Source: a virus
Lineage: Duplodnaviria; Caudoviricetes
IMG/VR virus record: IMGVR_UViG_3300017716_003594
Span: 3,424-67,423 of that record
Reading direction: 5' to 3' (one strand)
DNA: 64,000 nt
The translations under genes and the position numbers were made by a program. Each line of letters begins with the position of its first letter. Position 1 is the first letter of the stretch. The notes below the pieces were generated by a model. The model was not told the origin of the DNA, did no database searches, and was given only the letters and a program-made list of their open reading frames with translations. Below are positions 8,130 through 17,119 of this stretch, piece by piece.

Positions 8130-8161
8130 GGGGACCGGGCATTCCGCTCGGTCCCCTTTTT
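8130..8161 (+). terminator. Rho-independent terminator
   Basis: GGGGACCG/CGGTCCCC stem followed by TTTTT. Confidence 0.75.
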
Positions 8162-8179
8162 GCTTACGGAGACAGACAG

Positions 8180-8929
8180 ATGAACGCTCTACAACGGCCC
8201 GAGGTCTTTGACCAGATCGGGGAAGGACTTGACTACCGACGCATTTACTGGCTCAACGGCCCGAACGTCAAGGGCAACGATAACAAGTGGGCCGTGAAAG
8301 ACCCGCCGACCGCTGGCTGGCAGTCAGCTATCGTGATACGGGGTGAGAAGCGGTCAACAATCTTCTGCCCGTTCTCGCTCAACAGCTGGGTGGTGCCGAA
8401 CCACTGCGCCGAGTTGACGCTGGCCAAGCACCAGCCGTTCGACGCCGAATGGTTCGCTAAGGCCATCCCGCGCATCTGGGCGGAAAACCAGAAGTTCGGC
8501 TACCAGAAGGACTACGACACCTGCGCCATGATCCTCAAGCGCATGGGTCTTCCTGTGCCTGAACAGGTCATGCGCGACGGCGAAGTGGACAACCGGGTCA
8601 AAGGCGGCAAGACAGTTGCCAAGAAGCTGGAAAAGCCCGTCAAGCTCAAGGGCAAGCGCGGACAGTTCCTGCTCTGGTTTCTGGAAGGCGGCGGCACTCG
8701 GTCCGTTCGCGAAGCCATGGCCGAGCACGGCATGTCCCGATCCAACGCACTGAGCTACCTCTACATGCTCCAGAAAGACCACGGCATCGGATACGAGCTG
8801 GTCGGCGACATGGCTCACATCAAAATGCCGGAAGGCGTCAGCAATCCGTTCGACGAACCATGGGGCGCTGAGCAAGAACCGGCCAAGGCCGAAGCTGAGG
8901 GAGTGTCCGATGACTTCCTCGACACCTGA
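8180..8929 (+). CDS. Hypothetical protein with C-terminal HTH-like segment
   Basis: SD GGAGA; RSVREAMAEHGMSRSNALSYLYML looks like a helix-turn-helix. Confidence 0.7.
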   Translation: MNALQRPEVFDQIGEGLDYRRIYWLNGPNVKGNDNKWAVKDPPTAGWQSAIVIRGEKRSTIFCPFSLNSWVVPNHCAELTLAKHQPFDAEWFAKAIPRIWAENQKFGYQKDYDTCAMILKRMGLPVPEQVMRDGEVDNRVKGGKTVAKKLEKPVKLKGKRGQFLLWFLEGGGTRSVREAMAEHGMSRSNALSYLYMLQKDHGIGYELVGDMAHIKMPEGVSNPFDEPWGAEQEPAKAEAEGVSDDFLDT

Positions 8930-9350
8930 GCGCATCATCCACCCAGTCCAACGCCTGATGGAACGCTACCGTTTGTCGTTGGAAGAAGCCAAAGCCACGC
9001 ATGTTCGCCATCACGGGGTTCTGCGGACAATGTCAGCAAAGGGCCGGTTTTTCCACTCCGGCGGCATTGTGCCAATAGAAGACGGAGACACCATCTTCTA
9101 TGCGGCCGTTGTTCGGCGTGAGAACGGTGAGGTCTTCATAGCCACCTACTACTCCAAGGCTATGTACGACAGCATGGTGCAGGGCCACAAGGCGGCGTCG
9201 CCATCTCGGCAGACTTTCGAGGTATACCGGGAAGGCGAGAAGTGCAAGATGAAAGGCATAAACACGGGTAAGCCGAAAGCGCGAGCCCGGCGTCAGCGCA
9301 TTACATCTGCTGGCTTCATCGCCAGGTACTGCCGAGGCGAGTTCGAATAA
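8910..9350 (+). CDS. Hypothetical protein
   Basis: SD GGGAG before ATG; overlaps the upstream gene end. Confidence 0.65.
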   Translation: MTSSTPERIIHPVQRLMERYRLSLEEAKATHVRHHGVLRTMSAKGRFFHSGGIVPIEDGDTIFYAAVVRRENGEVFIATYYSKAMYDSMVQGHKAASPSRQTFEVYREGEKCKMKGINTGKPKARARRQRITSAGFIARYCRGEFE

Positions 9351-9434
9351 CCCCGCCCTCGTTTCCCATTTGCTTGTTTACTCCCAGTTGGGGAGTCTGG
9401 TAATTCTCTTCCACAGTCACAGACAGGATGAGAC

Positions 9435-10598
9435 ATGGACCGGACTCCCCCACAACCTATCACCCGTGGCCTTGAGCAGGTCAAGCGCTTCCAGCAGGAA
9501 ATTCTCGACTTCCCCATCCCGCCGGTTCCGACGCGTCTTCATCCGACCCGGAAGAAGTTCGCCGTCAGCGCCATCGGCGAAGAGCTGATTGAGTTCGAGC
9601 AGGCCGAGACCCTGGCCGACGAAGCAGACGCCCTTCTGGACATGTGTTACTTTGCCTACGGCCGTCTTGTCGAGATGGGCCTTATGCCGTCGGTACTGGT
9701 CGACGAAGTTCATCGGGCCAACATGGCGAAGAAGCGCGGCGACCTGAAGAAGGCGCGCTCCGAGTTCAGCGGCGGCTATGACGCGGTCAAGCCTCCAGGC
9801 TGGACGCCTCCTGACCTCGAGCCCTACTTCATGACCCAGGACCAGATCGAGCAGGCTGCAAGTCTGATCCTGCATGGTCTTGCTGTGGATCATTCCATGG
9901 GTCATCACGGCATGTCCACCGACTGGACTCCGCCGGCTCCGCGTGTGGACACAAACAACACCCGCGAGTATAACCGCCCTCCCAAGATCATCGTGATCGG
10001 CCACGCCCGTCACGGCAAGGACACCGTGGCGGAGAAACTGTCCGACATCTACGGCCTGCCATTCACCTCGTCTTCCATCTTCTGCGCCGACAAGGTCATC
10101 CTCCCGCTGACCCAGGACGAAGACAAGCGGATGGCGTTCAGCCACCGGCTTCTCCAGCGCCTTGACTCAAAGCTCCCTGCCGAGCTGGCGCACTCGATCA
10201 GCGACCGGCTCGCCGATGTGCATGGCCAGTACGCCGACCGCGAGACCTGCTACGCCGACCGTCACCGAGACGACCTGATGCGCGCAACCTGGTACGAGGC
10301 GATCCGAGACTTCAACCGGCTCGACCAGGCAGCGCTTGCCCGGGCTATCTTCCAGGAGAATGACGTCTACTGCGGCTTGCGTTCCAAGCAAGAGCTGCGG
10401 GCGGCAATCAACTCCGGAACGGCCGACCTGGTTGTGTGGGTGGATGCGCTTGACCGCATGCCTCCCGAGCCGGCGACGTCCATCACTGTCACCGAGGCGA
10501 TGGCTCACTTCACCATCGACAACAACGGGTCCCTGGCGGACCTTGACCGGAACATCCGCGAGCTCTTCAACACTCTCGGCTTCAAGGCGGTGCGCTGA
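9435..10598 (+). CDS. MazG-like NTP pyrophosphohydrolase fused to dNMP kinase
   Basis: N-terminal EELIEFEQA..EADALLDMCYFAYG..EVHRANMAK (all-alpha NTP-PPase); C-terminal GHARHGKDT P-loop and IDNNGSL. Confidence 0.8.
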   Translation: MDRTPPQPITRGLEQVKRFQQEILDFPIPPVPTRLHPTRKKFAVSAIGEELIEFEQAETLADEADALLDMCYFAYGRLVEMGLMPSVLVDEVHRANMAKKRGDLKKARSEFSGGYDAVKPPGWTPPDLEPYFMTQDQIEQAASLILHGLAVDHSMGHHGMSTDWTPPAPRVDTNNTREYNRPPKIIVIGHARHGKDTVAEKLSDIYGLPFTSSSIFCADKVILPLTQDEDKRMAFSHRLLQRLDSKLPAELAHSISDRLADVHGQYADRETCYADRHRDDLMRATWYEAIRDFNRLDQAALARAIFQENDVYCGLRSKQELRAAINSGTADLVVWVDALDRMPPEPATSITVTEAMAHFTIDNNGSLADLDRNIRELFNTLGFKAVR

Positions 10599-11506
10599 TG
10601 AAAGAGCAGACCTTCCATCAGGCCTATCGCTCGCTCCTCACTGAGCTGTTCCACCACGGCGTCGAAGAGCTGAACCAGCGAACAAACACCAAGATCAAGA
10701 TGCTCCGGGGCGGCCACAGCTTCAAGCTGGACCTGTCCGACTGTCGCGTCCCTGTAGCGGGCAACCGTCGCTACTGGCCCCACGTTGCAGCCGCCGAGGT
10801 GGCCTGGCAGTTCATGGGCACGAAGGACCCGACCTTCATCCTGGCCAAGGCCCCAAAGCTGTGGTCCAAGTTCGTGGAAGACGGCGAGCTCAAGACCGCC
10901 TACGGTTACAGGTGGCGCGAGGCCTTTGGGCGCGACCAGCTCGACCTGGCCATGAAGGCTTTGACCGATGACCCGTCGAACCGGCAGGTATGGCTCCAGG
11001 CCTGGGACCCTCGCTCCGCCGGTCTTGGCCAGCCCGGACAGCCGAAGAACATCCCGTGCCCGATCGGCTTCACGCTGAGCCGCGATGGCTCGTCGCTTCA
11101 CATGTCGCTGTTCATCCGGTCTTCGGACGTCTTTGTCGGACTGCCTTACGACGTGATGGCCTACGCGCTCACACTCGACGCCATCTGCGCCTCGATGAAC
11201 CTGAAGCCCGGAACCCTGCACGTCACCCTGGCGCATCCTCACATCTACCAGCCTCACTGGCCGGCTATGGCAGCATGCCTCCATGAAGACGCCTGGCGCC
11301 AGTTGCCCGCAAACCGCGAACAGGGCTACAAGGCCCAGGCAATGGGCGACCGGTCCAATTGGTCTGACGACGTCGAGCCTGCCATGCCGGGGCTGACGAT
11401 CCAGCACATTCTGTCGGCGCCGGACCAGTATGTTGAGCACGTCAAGCTCCTGTCCAACCGGGTCGGCCACAACCCCTGGAACCCTGCGCCCGAGGTGATC
11501 GAATGA
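10598..11506 (+). CDS. Thymidylate-synthase-fold enzyme, predicted dCMP methylase/hydroxymethylase
   Basis: AEVAW, AYGYRW, DPSNRQ, IPC (C154), RSSDVFVGLPYD (D185 where dUMP-specific ThyA has Asn), HIY. Confidence 0.85.
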   Translation: MKEQTFHQAYRSLLTELFHHGVEELNQRTNTKIKMLRGGHSFKLDLSDCRVPVAGNRRYWPHVAAAEVAWQFMGTKDPTFILAKAPKLWSKFVEDGELKTAYGYRWREAFGRDQLDLAMKALTDDPSNRQVWLQAWDPRSAGLGQPGQPKNIPCPIGFTLSRDGSSLHMSLFIRSSDVFVGLPYDVMAYALTLDAICASMNLKPGTLHVTLAHPHIYQPHWPAMAACLHEDAWRQLPANREQGYKAQAMGDRSNWSDDVEPAMPGLTIQHILSAPDQYVEHVKLLSNRVGHNPWNPAPEVIE

Positions 11507-11943
11507 GCGGCCTGTCCAAGTGGGACCACCGGTTCCTGGCCATTGCGAACGACGTTTCCTTCTGGTCCAAGGACCCGGCGGGCGGCGTTGGCTGTGTGCT
11601 CGTCTCTCCTGACAAGCGCCAGGTGTCCTGGGGCTACAACGGCTTTCCTGCCGGGATACCCGACAACTATGAGGGCCTCAACCGGGAAGCCAAGAACCGG
11701 CTGACGCTCCACGCCGAGGACAACGCCCTGGCAAACGCTCCGTGCTCGGTTCACGGCTGGACCCTGTACACAACCAAGGCGCCTTGCTTCGAATGTTCCA
11801 AGCGGATCATTCAGAACCGGATCGCCCTGGTAGTACGTCCGCCGATCACGGACCTGAGCACCTGGTTCCTGGACCAGCGCGAAGGCGCTGCGCTTCTGAC
11901 GCAGGCTGGCGTTCGGCAACTGGTCGACGGTAAGGACCAATGA
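11503..11943 (+). CDS. dCMP deaminase family protein
   Basis: SKDP, GYNGFP, HAEDNA and PCFEC zinc motifs. Confidence 0.92.
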   Translation: MSGLSKWDHRFLAIANDVSFWSKDPAGGVGCVLVSPDKRQVSWGYNGFPAGIPDNYEGLNREAKNRLTLHAEDNALANAPCSVHGWTLYTTKAPCFECSKRIIQNRIALVVRPPITDLSTWFLDQREGAALLTQAGVRQLVDGKDQ

Positions 11944-12395
11944 GCGCGAGCCCGAAGGTTCCGGAGTCCAGTCTGTGGGACTGGCTAAAGAAGGCCAATC
12001 TAACCTTCCGCGAACTCCTGCATATGACCAGGATCGAGAACACCGCAGGCGACGGCGCCTCAGACGTCGAAGGTGTACTGGACGGCGGACCGTTCTACAT
12101 CGAGCTCAAGTCGGCTGCTCGGCCAGTCCGACCTGGCACTCCGATCAAGGTGCGCTTCGAACCGTCGCAGCCTGGATGGCACGAGGCTCGGCGCAAAGCC
12201 GGTCGGATGACTTTCATCCTGCTCCCGGTCGGAGCGCAGCATCAGGCTCGCCGCTATCTGGTCGAGAGCACGCACATTCCGGCCATGGCCGAAGGTGTGA
12301 CGGAGCAATGGCTCAACGAGCACGCCGTCATCGGTGCGCTCTCAAGTCGTGAGGAAATACTGGTCAGGGCTTCAAGAAGTCTCTACGCGCCCTAG
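11940..12395 (+). CDS. VRR-NUC / PD-(D/E)xK nuclease (resolvase-like)
   Basis: RIEN..GASDVEG..FYIELK..RFEPSQ.GWH pattern. Confidence 0.75.
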   Translation: MSASPKVPESSLWDWLKKANLTFRELLHMTRIENTAGDGASDVEGVLDGGPFYIELKSAARPVRPGTPIKVRFEPSQPGWHEARRKAGRMTFILLPVGAQHQARRYLVESTHIPAMAEGVTEQWLNEHAVIGALSSREEILVRASRSLYAP

Positions 12396-12697
12396 TACAC
12401 CAGCGCGGGGTCAGCAAAAGGCTTCGTTCGCGCCAAGTTCCAGGCAGCATTCCAGATGGGAACCCACGTGTCCTGCGGAAGAGCCTCGTCATCCCACATG
12501 AGCAACTGGTCTTCGTGGCAGCGGAAGACTTGGCAGATGGCGTCTTGCATCAGCATGTTGGCGTCTGAGAAGTCATGGGTTGCGCACACGCCGGGGTCGT
12601 AGGCGCGGTTCCGCTTGTCAATTTCCTTGACGTAGTCGGCCAGTTCTGTCCTAACGATGTAGCGGAAATGGTTGGCGGCTTCTGCAATCATGTCCAT
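12392..12697 (-). CDS. Hypothetical protein
   Basis: CATHDFSDAN..AWNLA; member of a compact minus-strand early operon. Confidence 0.7.
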   Translation of the reverse strand: MDMIAEAANHFRYIVRTELADYVKEIDKRNRAYDPGVCATHDFSDANMLMQDAICQVFRCHEDQLLMWDDEALPQDTWVPIWNAAWNLARTKPFADPALVY

Positions 12698-12865
12698 CTA
12701 GCGGTCCTCCATGTGGCCGTGCTTGGCGATGTACTCGTCGTACGCCTTCTCGTCAGCTTCGCGCTGGGCCCGATAGGCGGGATCATTGGCCATGCGGTCA
12801 GCATGTCGCTGGTCGCGTTCGCGGTTGCGAAGGGCGGTGGCCAACTGGTTTTGTGTCAGGAACAT
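12698..12865 (-). CDS. Small hypothetical protein (55 aa)
   Basis: MFLTQNQLATALRN..HGHMEDR*; SD AGGAG; abuts its neighbours. Confidence 0.6.
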   Translation of the reverse strand: MFLTQNQLATALRNRERDQRHADRMANDPAYRAQREADEKAYDEYIAKHGHMEDR

Positions 12866-13107
12866 TGCAGCACTCCTTTGGCTTTGAGGTCGGCAATGTT
12901 CTTGCGGACCTGCGCTTTTGCTTGGGCGAAAGTAAGCGGCTGGTTGACCTTCTCGCCAATGGCTTGGATCATCAGCACTGCTTCAGCCCAAGCTGGCGGA
13001 AGACCAGCGTTGGGACCGACTTTGAGCCATTTACGCGCCGGTTCGGCGTAGATGGCGGCGTGAGAGGCCTGCAGTCTCTCGAGAGACAGGTGACTGTAGC
13101 AGTTCAT
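12856..13107 (-). CDS. Hypothetical protein
   Basis: ATGA overlap with the upstream ORF. Confidence 0.6.
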   Translation of the reverse strand: MNCYSHLSLERLQASHAAIYAEPARKWLKVGPNAGLPPAWAEAVLMIQAIGEKVNQPLTFAQAKAQVRKNIADLKAKGVLQCS

Positions 13108-13250
13108 GACGCGTACACCTCGCCGTCGTCGAGGGCTTCGTGCTGCTCGATGTACGACCAGTAACCGTTGGCCATGTCTTCAGAAGCGTTCTTGGGCAGT
13201 TCTTCGCCTTTGCCAGCGAGGTTCCAGCCGATTTGGAATTGGTCGGTCAT
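13104..13250 (-). CDS. Small hypothetical protein (48 aa)
   Basis: MTDQFQIGWNLAG..VYAS*; tightly packed. Confidence 0.55.
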   Translation of the reverse strand: MTDQFQIGWNLAGKGEELPKNASEDMANGYWSYIEQHEALDDGEVYAS

Positions 13251-13253
13251 TGT

Positions 13254-13409
13254 TCAGCCCTCCGTGCGGGTGATGACGTCGTAGCCAAGCTTGACCCACA
13301 TTTTGCGGACCTCAATGGCGGTTTGTTCGGCGTGACGGCCAGACACGCGAAGCTCGCTGACAATGAGCTTGGCCTTGTCGTTGGTAAGGGCGGTTACGTA
13401 GAAGGTCAT
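13254..13409 (-). CDS. Small hypothetical protein (51 aa), paralogue of the 13413 gene
   Basis: Ends LGYDVITRTEG*; shares a junction repeat with its neighbour. Confidence 0.6.
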   Translation of the reverse strand: MTFYVTALTNDKAKLIVSELRVSGRHAEQTAIEVRKMWVKLGYDVITRTEG

Positions 13410-13412
13410 TGT

Positions 13413-13580
13413 TCAGCCTTTCAGTTTGGTGCGGATGGTGATGTCGTAGCCAAAGCGGTCTTCGTACTGCTTCTTGAGTTCTTCGGCCTGCTGGCGTGTA
13501 GCGCAAGGGATCGAGGTCTTGCGGCCCTTGCGGGTCCACTCGACCAGATGGTCTCCTTGATCTTTGAACATGCCGCGCAT
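13413..13580 (-). CDS. Small hypothetical protein (55 aa)
   Basis: SD GGAGA before ATG 13580; ends FGYDITIRTKLKG*. Confidence 0.65.
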   Translation of the reverse strand: MRGMFKDQGDHLVEWTRKGRKTSIPCATRQQAEELKKQYEDRFGYDITIRTKLKG

Positions 13581-13605
13581 CAGTGTCTCCGTCGTTGATG
13601 AGATA

Positions 13606-13671
13606 AGCATACGCTGGGTCCCTCTCTATGTACATGCCCTCGCCAACGTTTCTTGATGCCGTATTGCTACG
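13606..13671 (-). promoter_or_regulatory. Repeated early-type promoter, copy 1
   Basis: Minus strand CGTAGCAAT-N28-TGTACA-N17-TATGCT; near-identical copy at 18567-18642. Confidence 0.75.
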
Positions 13672-13758
13672 AACTATTTTCTCGTGGGCCCAGTTTACAT
13701 TGGCCCGCAGGCATGCCATTGTCCCATCATCTATCGCAACCCATGCAAGGAGACAGTC

Positions 13759-14298
13759 ATGGAAACCTACGCCTCGAAAAGCGGACCCGAGCTCACCGTC
13801 ATCTACAACGACCTGCGCGCAAAGATTGGCGAGCCGCCCATCAAGCGCTGGGCAGGCGCCAAGTCCGAGCTGATCGCCAAGATCGAAGTGCTCGAGCTGC
13901 GGCAGAAGCCCGAAGCAACGCCGCCGGCACCGACTCCTGAAGTCGTTGCCGAGAAGCCCAAGGCAAAGCAGAAGCCCGCCGCCAAGCCGAAAAGCAGCGA
14001 CGGCCGCACCATCCGCGAGACCAGTCTGGACCTGCTTGCCCACATTGACTTCTACGAGGACAAGCTTAAGCCGTCCAACGACGAGAACCGCGTCGACGCC
14101 GACCACAAGAACGCCCGCTCCGTTGGTCTCGCCTATCTCGAGATCATCCGCCGCGTGAAGGAAGAATTTCCTGACGCCGACACGCCGGTTGCGTGCCTCC
14201 GCTGGTACAGCGTCAAGGTCCGCGACTTCAAGAGCCACCCCGAGTACTCGGGTTGGAAGCTTCCGCAACGTCGCCCGCGTGCGACGCCCAAGAAGTAA
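13759..14298 (+). CDS. Putative DNA-binding protein (paralogue of 7831 and 41927 genes)
   Basis: SD AAGGAG; C-terminal IIRRVKEEFPDADTPVACLRWY motif. Confidence 0.75.
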   Translation: METYASKSGPELTVIYNDLRAKIGEPPIKRWAGAKSELIAKIEVLELRQKPEATPPAPTPEVVAEKPKAKQKPAAKPKSSDGRTIRETSLDLLAHIDFYEDKLKPSNDENRVDADHKNARSVGLAYLEIIRRVKEEFPDADTPVACLRWYSVKVRDFKSHPEYSGWKLPQRRPRATPKK

Positions 14299-14336
14299 CG
14301 GTTCCCTTTTGCCCCCGCCCTGACTAGGGTGGGGGC

Positions 14337-14831
14337 ATGAACATTTTTGCCACCTCTTCCTGCCCTTGGCAATCCGCCATTGACCTCGACGACGCGCGGG
14401 TCGTGAACCAGTGTCGCGAGACTGCTCAACTGTTGTGCTCGGCCATCCACCTTCGCGGTCGGTGGAACGATACCCTCATGCGTCCGACGCACCTTCATCA
14501 TCCAGTCACAAAGTGGGTTGCGCTCAACGACGGCAACTTCTTCTGGACTTGGTGCCACCTGGAAGCGCTCGGCCGCGAAAAGCGCCACCGCTATCCTGAC
14601 GCTGAGGACCATAAGTCCTGGACCGGTTACCGGCTTCTCACCGCCCAGTTTGGTTCGCTGAAGTACGGCAAGCCCGACAGCTTTGAGAACTGCGCCGCCA
14701 ACGCATCGCTTGGTCTGGACTTCAAGCACATTCCAGACGTCCATCTGGCGTACCGCGAGTACATGAAAGCCCGCTGGGCCCTGGCCAAGCGCGAACCTCG
14801 GTGGACTAATCGACGGAGGCCTGAATGGTAG
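14337..14831 (+). CDS. Pyrimidine-dimer DNA glycosylase (DenV)-like protein
   Basis: MNIF..P..SA..LDD.RVVNQCRETAQLL..PTHLHHP..W pattern. Confidence 0.7.
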   Translation: MNIFATSSCPWQSAIDLDDARVVNQCRETAQLLCSAIHLRGRWNDTLMRPTHLHHPVTKWVALNDGNFFWTWCHLEALGREKRHRYPDAEDHKSWTGYRLLTAQFGSLKYGKPDSFENCAANASLGLDFKHIPDVHLAYREYMKARWALAKREPRWTNRRRPEW

Positions 14832-15079
14832 CGCGAGCCCTGACCCCAGAAGACATTGACGAGATGGAGCGCCACGGCCTCGGTTCGATGGTTCGGTTCG
14901 TGGACCAGGTGGCCTATTCTGACGAGGACTTAGTGCATTGCGACGACTGTGATTTTGTCGCCGTGACCAACGACCCAATGGACCACATGAACAGGTGCCC
15001 TGACTGTGCCCGGCAAGCCGCTGAAAGCGCTGCAGACCTGGAAGACCTTAGAAGCTGGTATAGGAGAGTAGCCCGATGA
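14825..15079 (+). CDS. Small Zn-ribbon hypothetical protein
   Basis: HCDDC and RCPDC motifs. Confidence 0.6.
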   Translation: MVARALTPEDIDEMERHGLGSMVRFVDQVAYSDEDLVHCDDCDFVAVTNDPMDHMNRCPDCARQAAESAADLEDLRSWYRRVAR

Positions 15080-15285
15080 TGCAAGGCACGCACTACAGAA
15101 ACAGCAAGGGCGGCAACACCCTTGACAAAACCAACAATGCCCCGGCGGCGGTTCTTCCGGGGCTGTTGTATATGCTACACGAGGGAACACCGTTTATGCT
15201 GGACGGCCGGGAGCGCATGCTTCTCAAAGTCGTGAAGCAACTCCCAGAGAAGAAGTCTTCCATCGTTACGTATGAAGACCGTTGA
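15076..15285 (+). CDS. Hypothetical protein
   Basis: Short ORF overlapping the upstream stop; real start uncertain. Confidence 0.45.
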   Translation: MMQGTHYRNSKGGNTLDKTNNAPAAVLPGLLYMLHEGTPFMLDGRERMLLKVVKQLPEKKSSIVTYEDR

Positions 15286-15391
15286 AGGCTGAACTCGGCC
15301 AAGGCCAGTTGACTCCTTGACGGTGTTCTAGAGCGTGAGCTCTCGGCACAGTAACAGCTCACTGCAACCACCGACACCTGGAGACTACCCG

Positions 15392-17119
15392 ATGATGACC
15401 CCCGGCCCCAAGCTGAGGTTCTCCGACCATTTGCACGGAGAGAAATACCGCCAGCCTGGAGAGAGCTTTGCTCAGGCTATGGTCCGGGTCGCCAACGCAC
15501 TCAAGGACGACAACACCCACGGCGGCCAGTTCCGGGACATCCTCCTGGACATGCGCTTCATGCCGGCAGGCCGAGTGCAAGCGGCGATGGGCGCCGAGAA
15601 ACAGGTCACCCCATACAACTGCTATGTCTCCGGCACCATTGAAGACAGCTTCGTCGACGGCGAGGGCTGCATTATGGATCGGGCCAAGGAGTCGGCGGCC
15701 ACGATGCGCATGGGCGGTGGGATCGGCTACGACTTCTCGACGCTCAGGCCTCGCGGAGCCTTGATACGCAAGCTCCATTCGCATTCGACCGGGCCTGTGT
15801 CCTTCATGAACATCTTCGACGCGGTCTGCAAGAACGTTGCGTCGTCGGGCCATCGCCGTGGCGCTCAGATGGGCGTTCTGCGCATCGACCACCCGGACAT
15901 TTTCGAGTTCATCCAGGCCAAGCAGAACGTCACAAACCTCACTGGCTTCACCCTGTCCATTGCCGTGACCGACCGGTTCATGGAGTGCCTGGCAACTGGC
16001 CGGCCGTTCGACCTGGTCTGGGGTGGGGAAGTTTATAGAACTGTGGACCCAGCCGAGCTCTGGTCCGCCGTCATGGACTCAACCTGGGACTGGGGTGAGC
16101 CTGGCGTCCTGTTCATTGACACCATCAACCGGCGCAACAATCTCTGGTACTGTGAGAACATCGCCGCGACCAATCCCTGTGGCGAGCAGCCGCTACCTGC
16201 GTTTGGCGCCTGCCTCCTCGGCTCTTTCAACCTGACCGAGTACATGCGCAAGGACCTGGTCGGCTGGTCGTTCGACTGGGACCTGTTCCGCTGGGACATC
16301 CCGGTCGTCGTCCGGGCAATGGACAACGTTGTCGACCGGGCCATCTATCCTCTTATCCGCCAGCGTGATGAAGCCTGGAACAAGCGGCGCATGGGTCTTG
16401 GGGTGACCGGCCTGACCAACGCCGCCGAGGCAATGGGAATGCTGTACGGCTCGAAGCGCTTCCTGGAGTTCGAGCAGAAAGTCCTGGAGACCTTGAGCCA
16501 CCAGTCCTACCTGGCCAGCGCTGACCTGGCGGCGGACAAGGGTTCGTTCCCAATGTTCGACGAAGACAAGTTCCTGACCGGGGAGTTCGCCAGGGAATTG
16601 CCGGACGACGTGCGCGCTGCAATCGAAGCCAACGGACTTCGCAACTCTCACCTGACGTCGATCGCACCAACCGGAACCATCTCGATGTGCGCCGACAACG
16701 TGTCCAGCGGCATTGAACCGGTTTTTGCCTACGAGACCACCAGGAAAGTCCACATGCCGGAAGGCCTGATCGAGGTCGACCTGCCGGACTATGGCTGGGG
16801 AACGTTTGGCGTCAAGGGCAAGATTGCCATGGAAGTGACGGCCCAGGAGCACATTGATGTGCTGGCGGTAGCGTCCAAACTGGTCGACTCCGCAGTGTCC
16901 AAGACCTGCAACGTCGACGGACGTATGCCTCGCGACCAGTTTGCCGGACTGTACATTCAAGCGTGGGAACGCGGCGCCAAAGGTTGCACGACCTTCAACT
17001 CAGACGGCAAGCGCATGGGCATCTTGATGGCCAAACCGGCCAAGGCCGACGAGCCGGAAGTGGTCGAAGGCGCGGCTTGTGCGTTCGATCCTGCGACTGG
17101 ACAGCGTGAGTGCGGCTGA
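15392..17119 (+). CDS. nrdJ: Class II (adenosylcobalamin-dependent) ribonucleotide reductase
   Basis: FMPAGR, NCYV, GGGIGYDFS, RRGAQM, TNPCGEQPL, IAPTGTIS, KGCTTF motifs; no small subunit gene nearby. Confidence 0.9.
   Translation: MMTPGPKLRFSDHLHGEKYRQPGESFAQAMVRVANALKDDNTHGGQFRDILLDMRFMPAGRVQAAMGAEKQVTPYNCYVSGTIEDSFVDGEGCIMDRAKESAATMRMGGGIGYDFSTLRPRGALIRKLHSHSTGPVSFMNIFDAVCKNVASSGHRRGAQMGVLRIDHPDIFEFIQAKQNVTNLTGFTLSIAVTDRFMECLATGRPFDLVWGGEVYRTVDPAELWSAVMDSTWDWGEPGVLFIDTINRRNNLWYCENIAATNPCGEQPLPAFGACLLGSFNLTEYMRKDLVGWSFDWDLFRWDIPVVVRAMDNVVDRAIYPLIRQRDEAWNKRRMGLGVTGLTNAAEAMGMLYGSKRFLEFEQKVLETLSHQSYLASADLAADKGSFPMFDEDKFLTGEFARELPDDVRAAIEANGLRNSHLTSIAPTGTISMCADNVSSGIEPVFAYETTRKVHMPEGLIEVDLPDYGWGTFGVKGKIAMEVTAQEHIDVLAVASKLVDSAVSKTCNVDGRMPRDQFAGLYIQAWERGAKGCTTFNSDGKRMGILMAKPAKADEPEVVEGAACAFDPATGQRECG

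Noticed and set aside
9435-11943. YuA/M6/SPO1-type 5-hydroxymethyluracil hypermodification pathway
   Set aside because: The specificity residue is Asp rather than Asn, and no 5-hmdU DNA kinase or downstream hypermodification genes were recognised. Not fully excluded without biochemistry.
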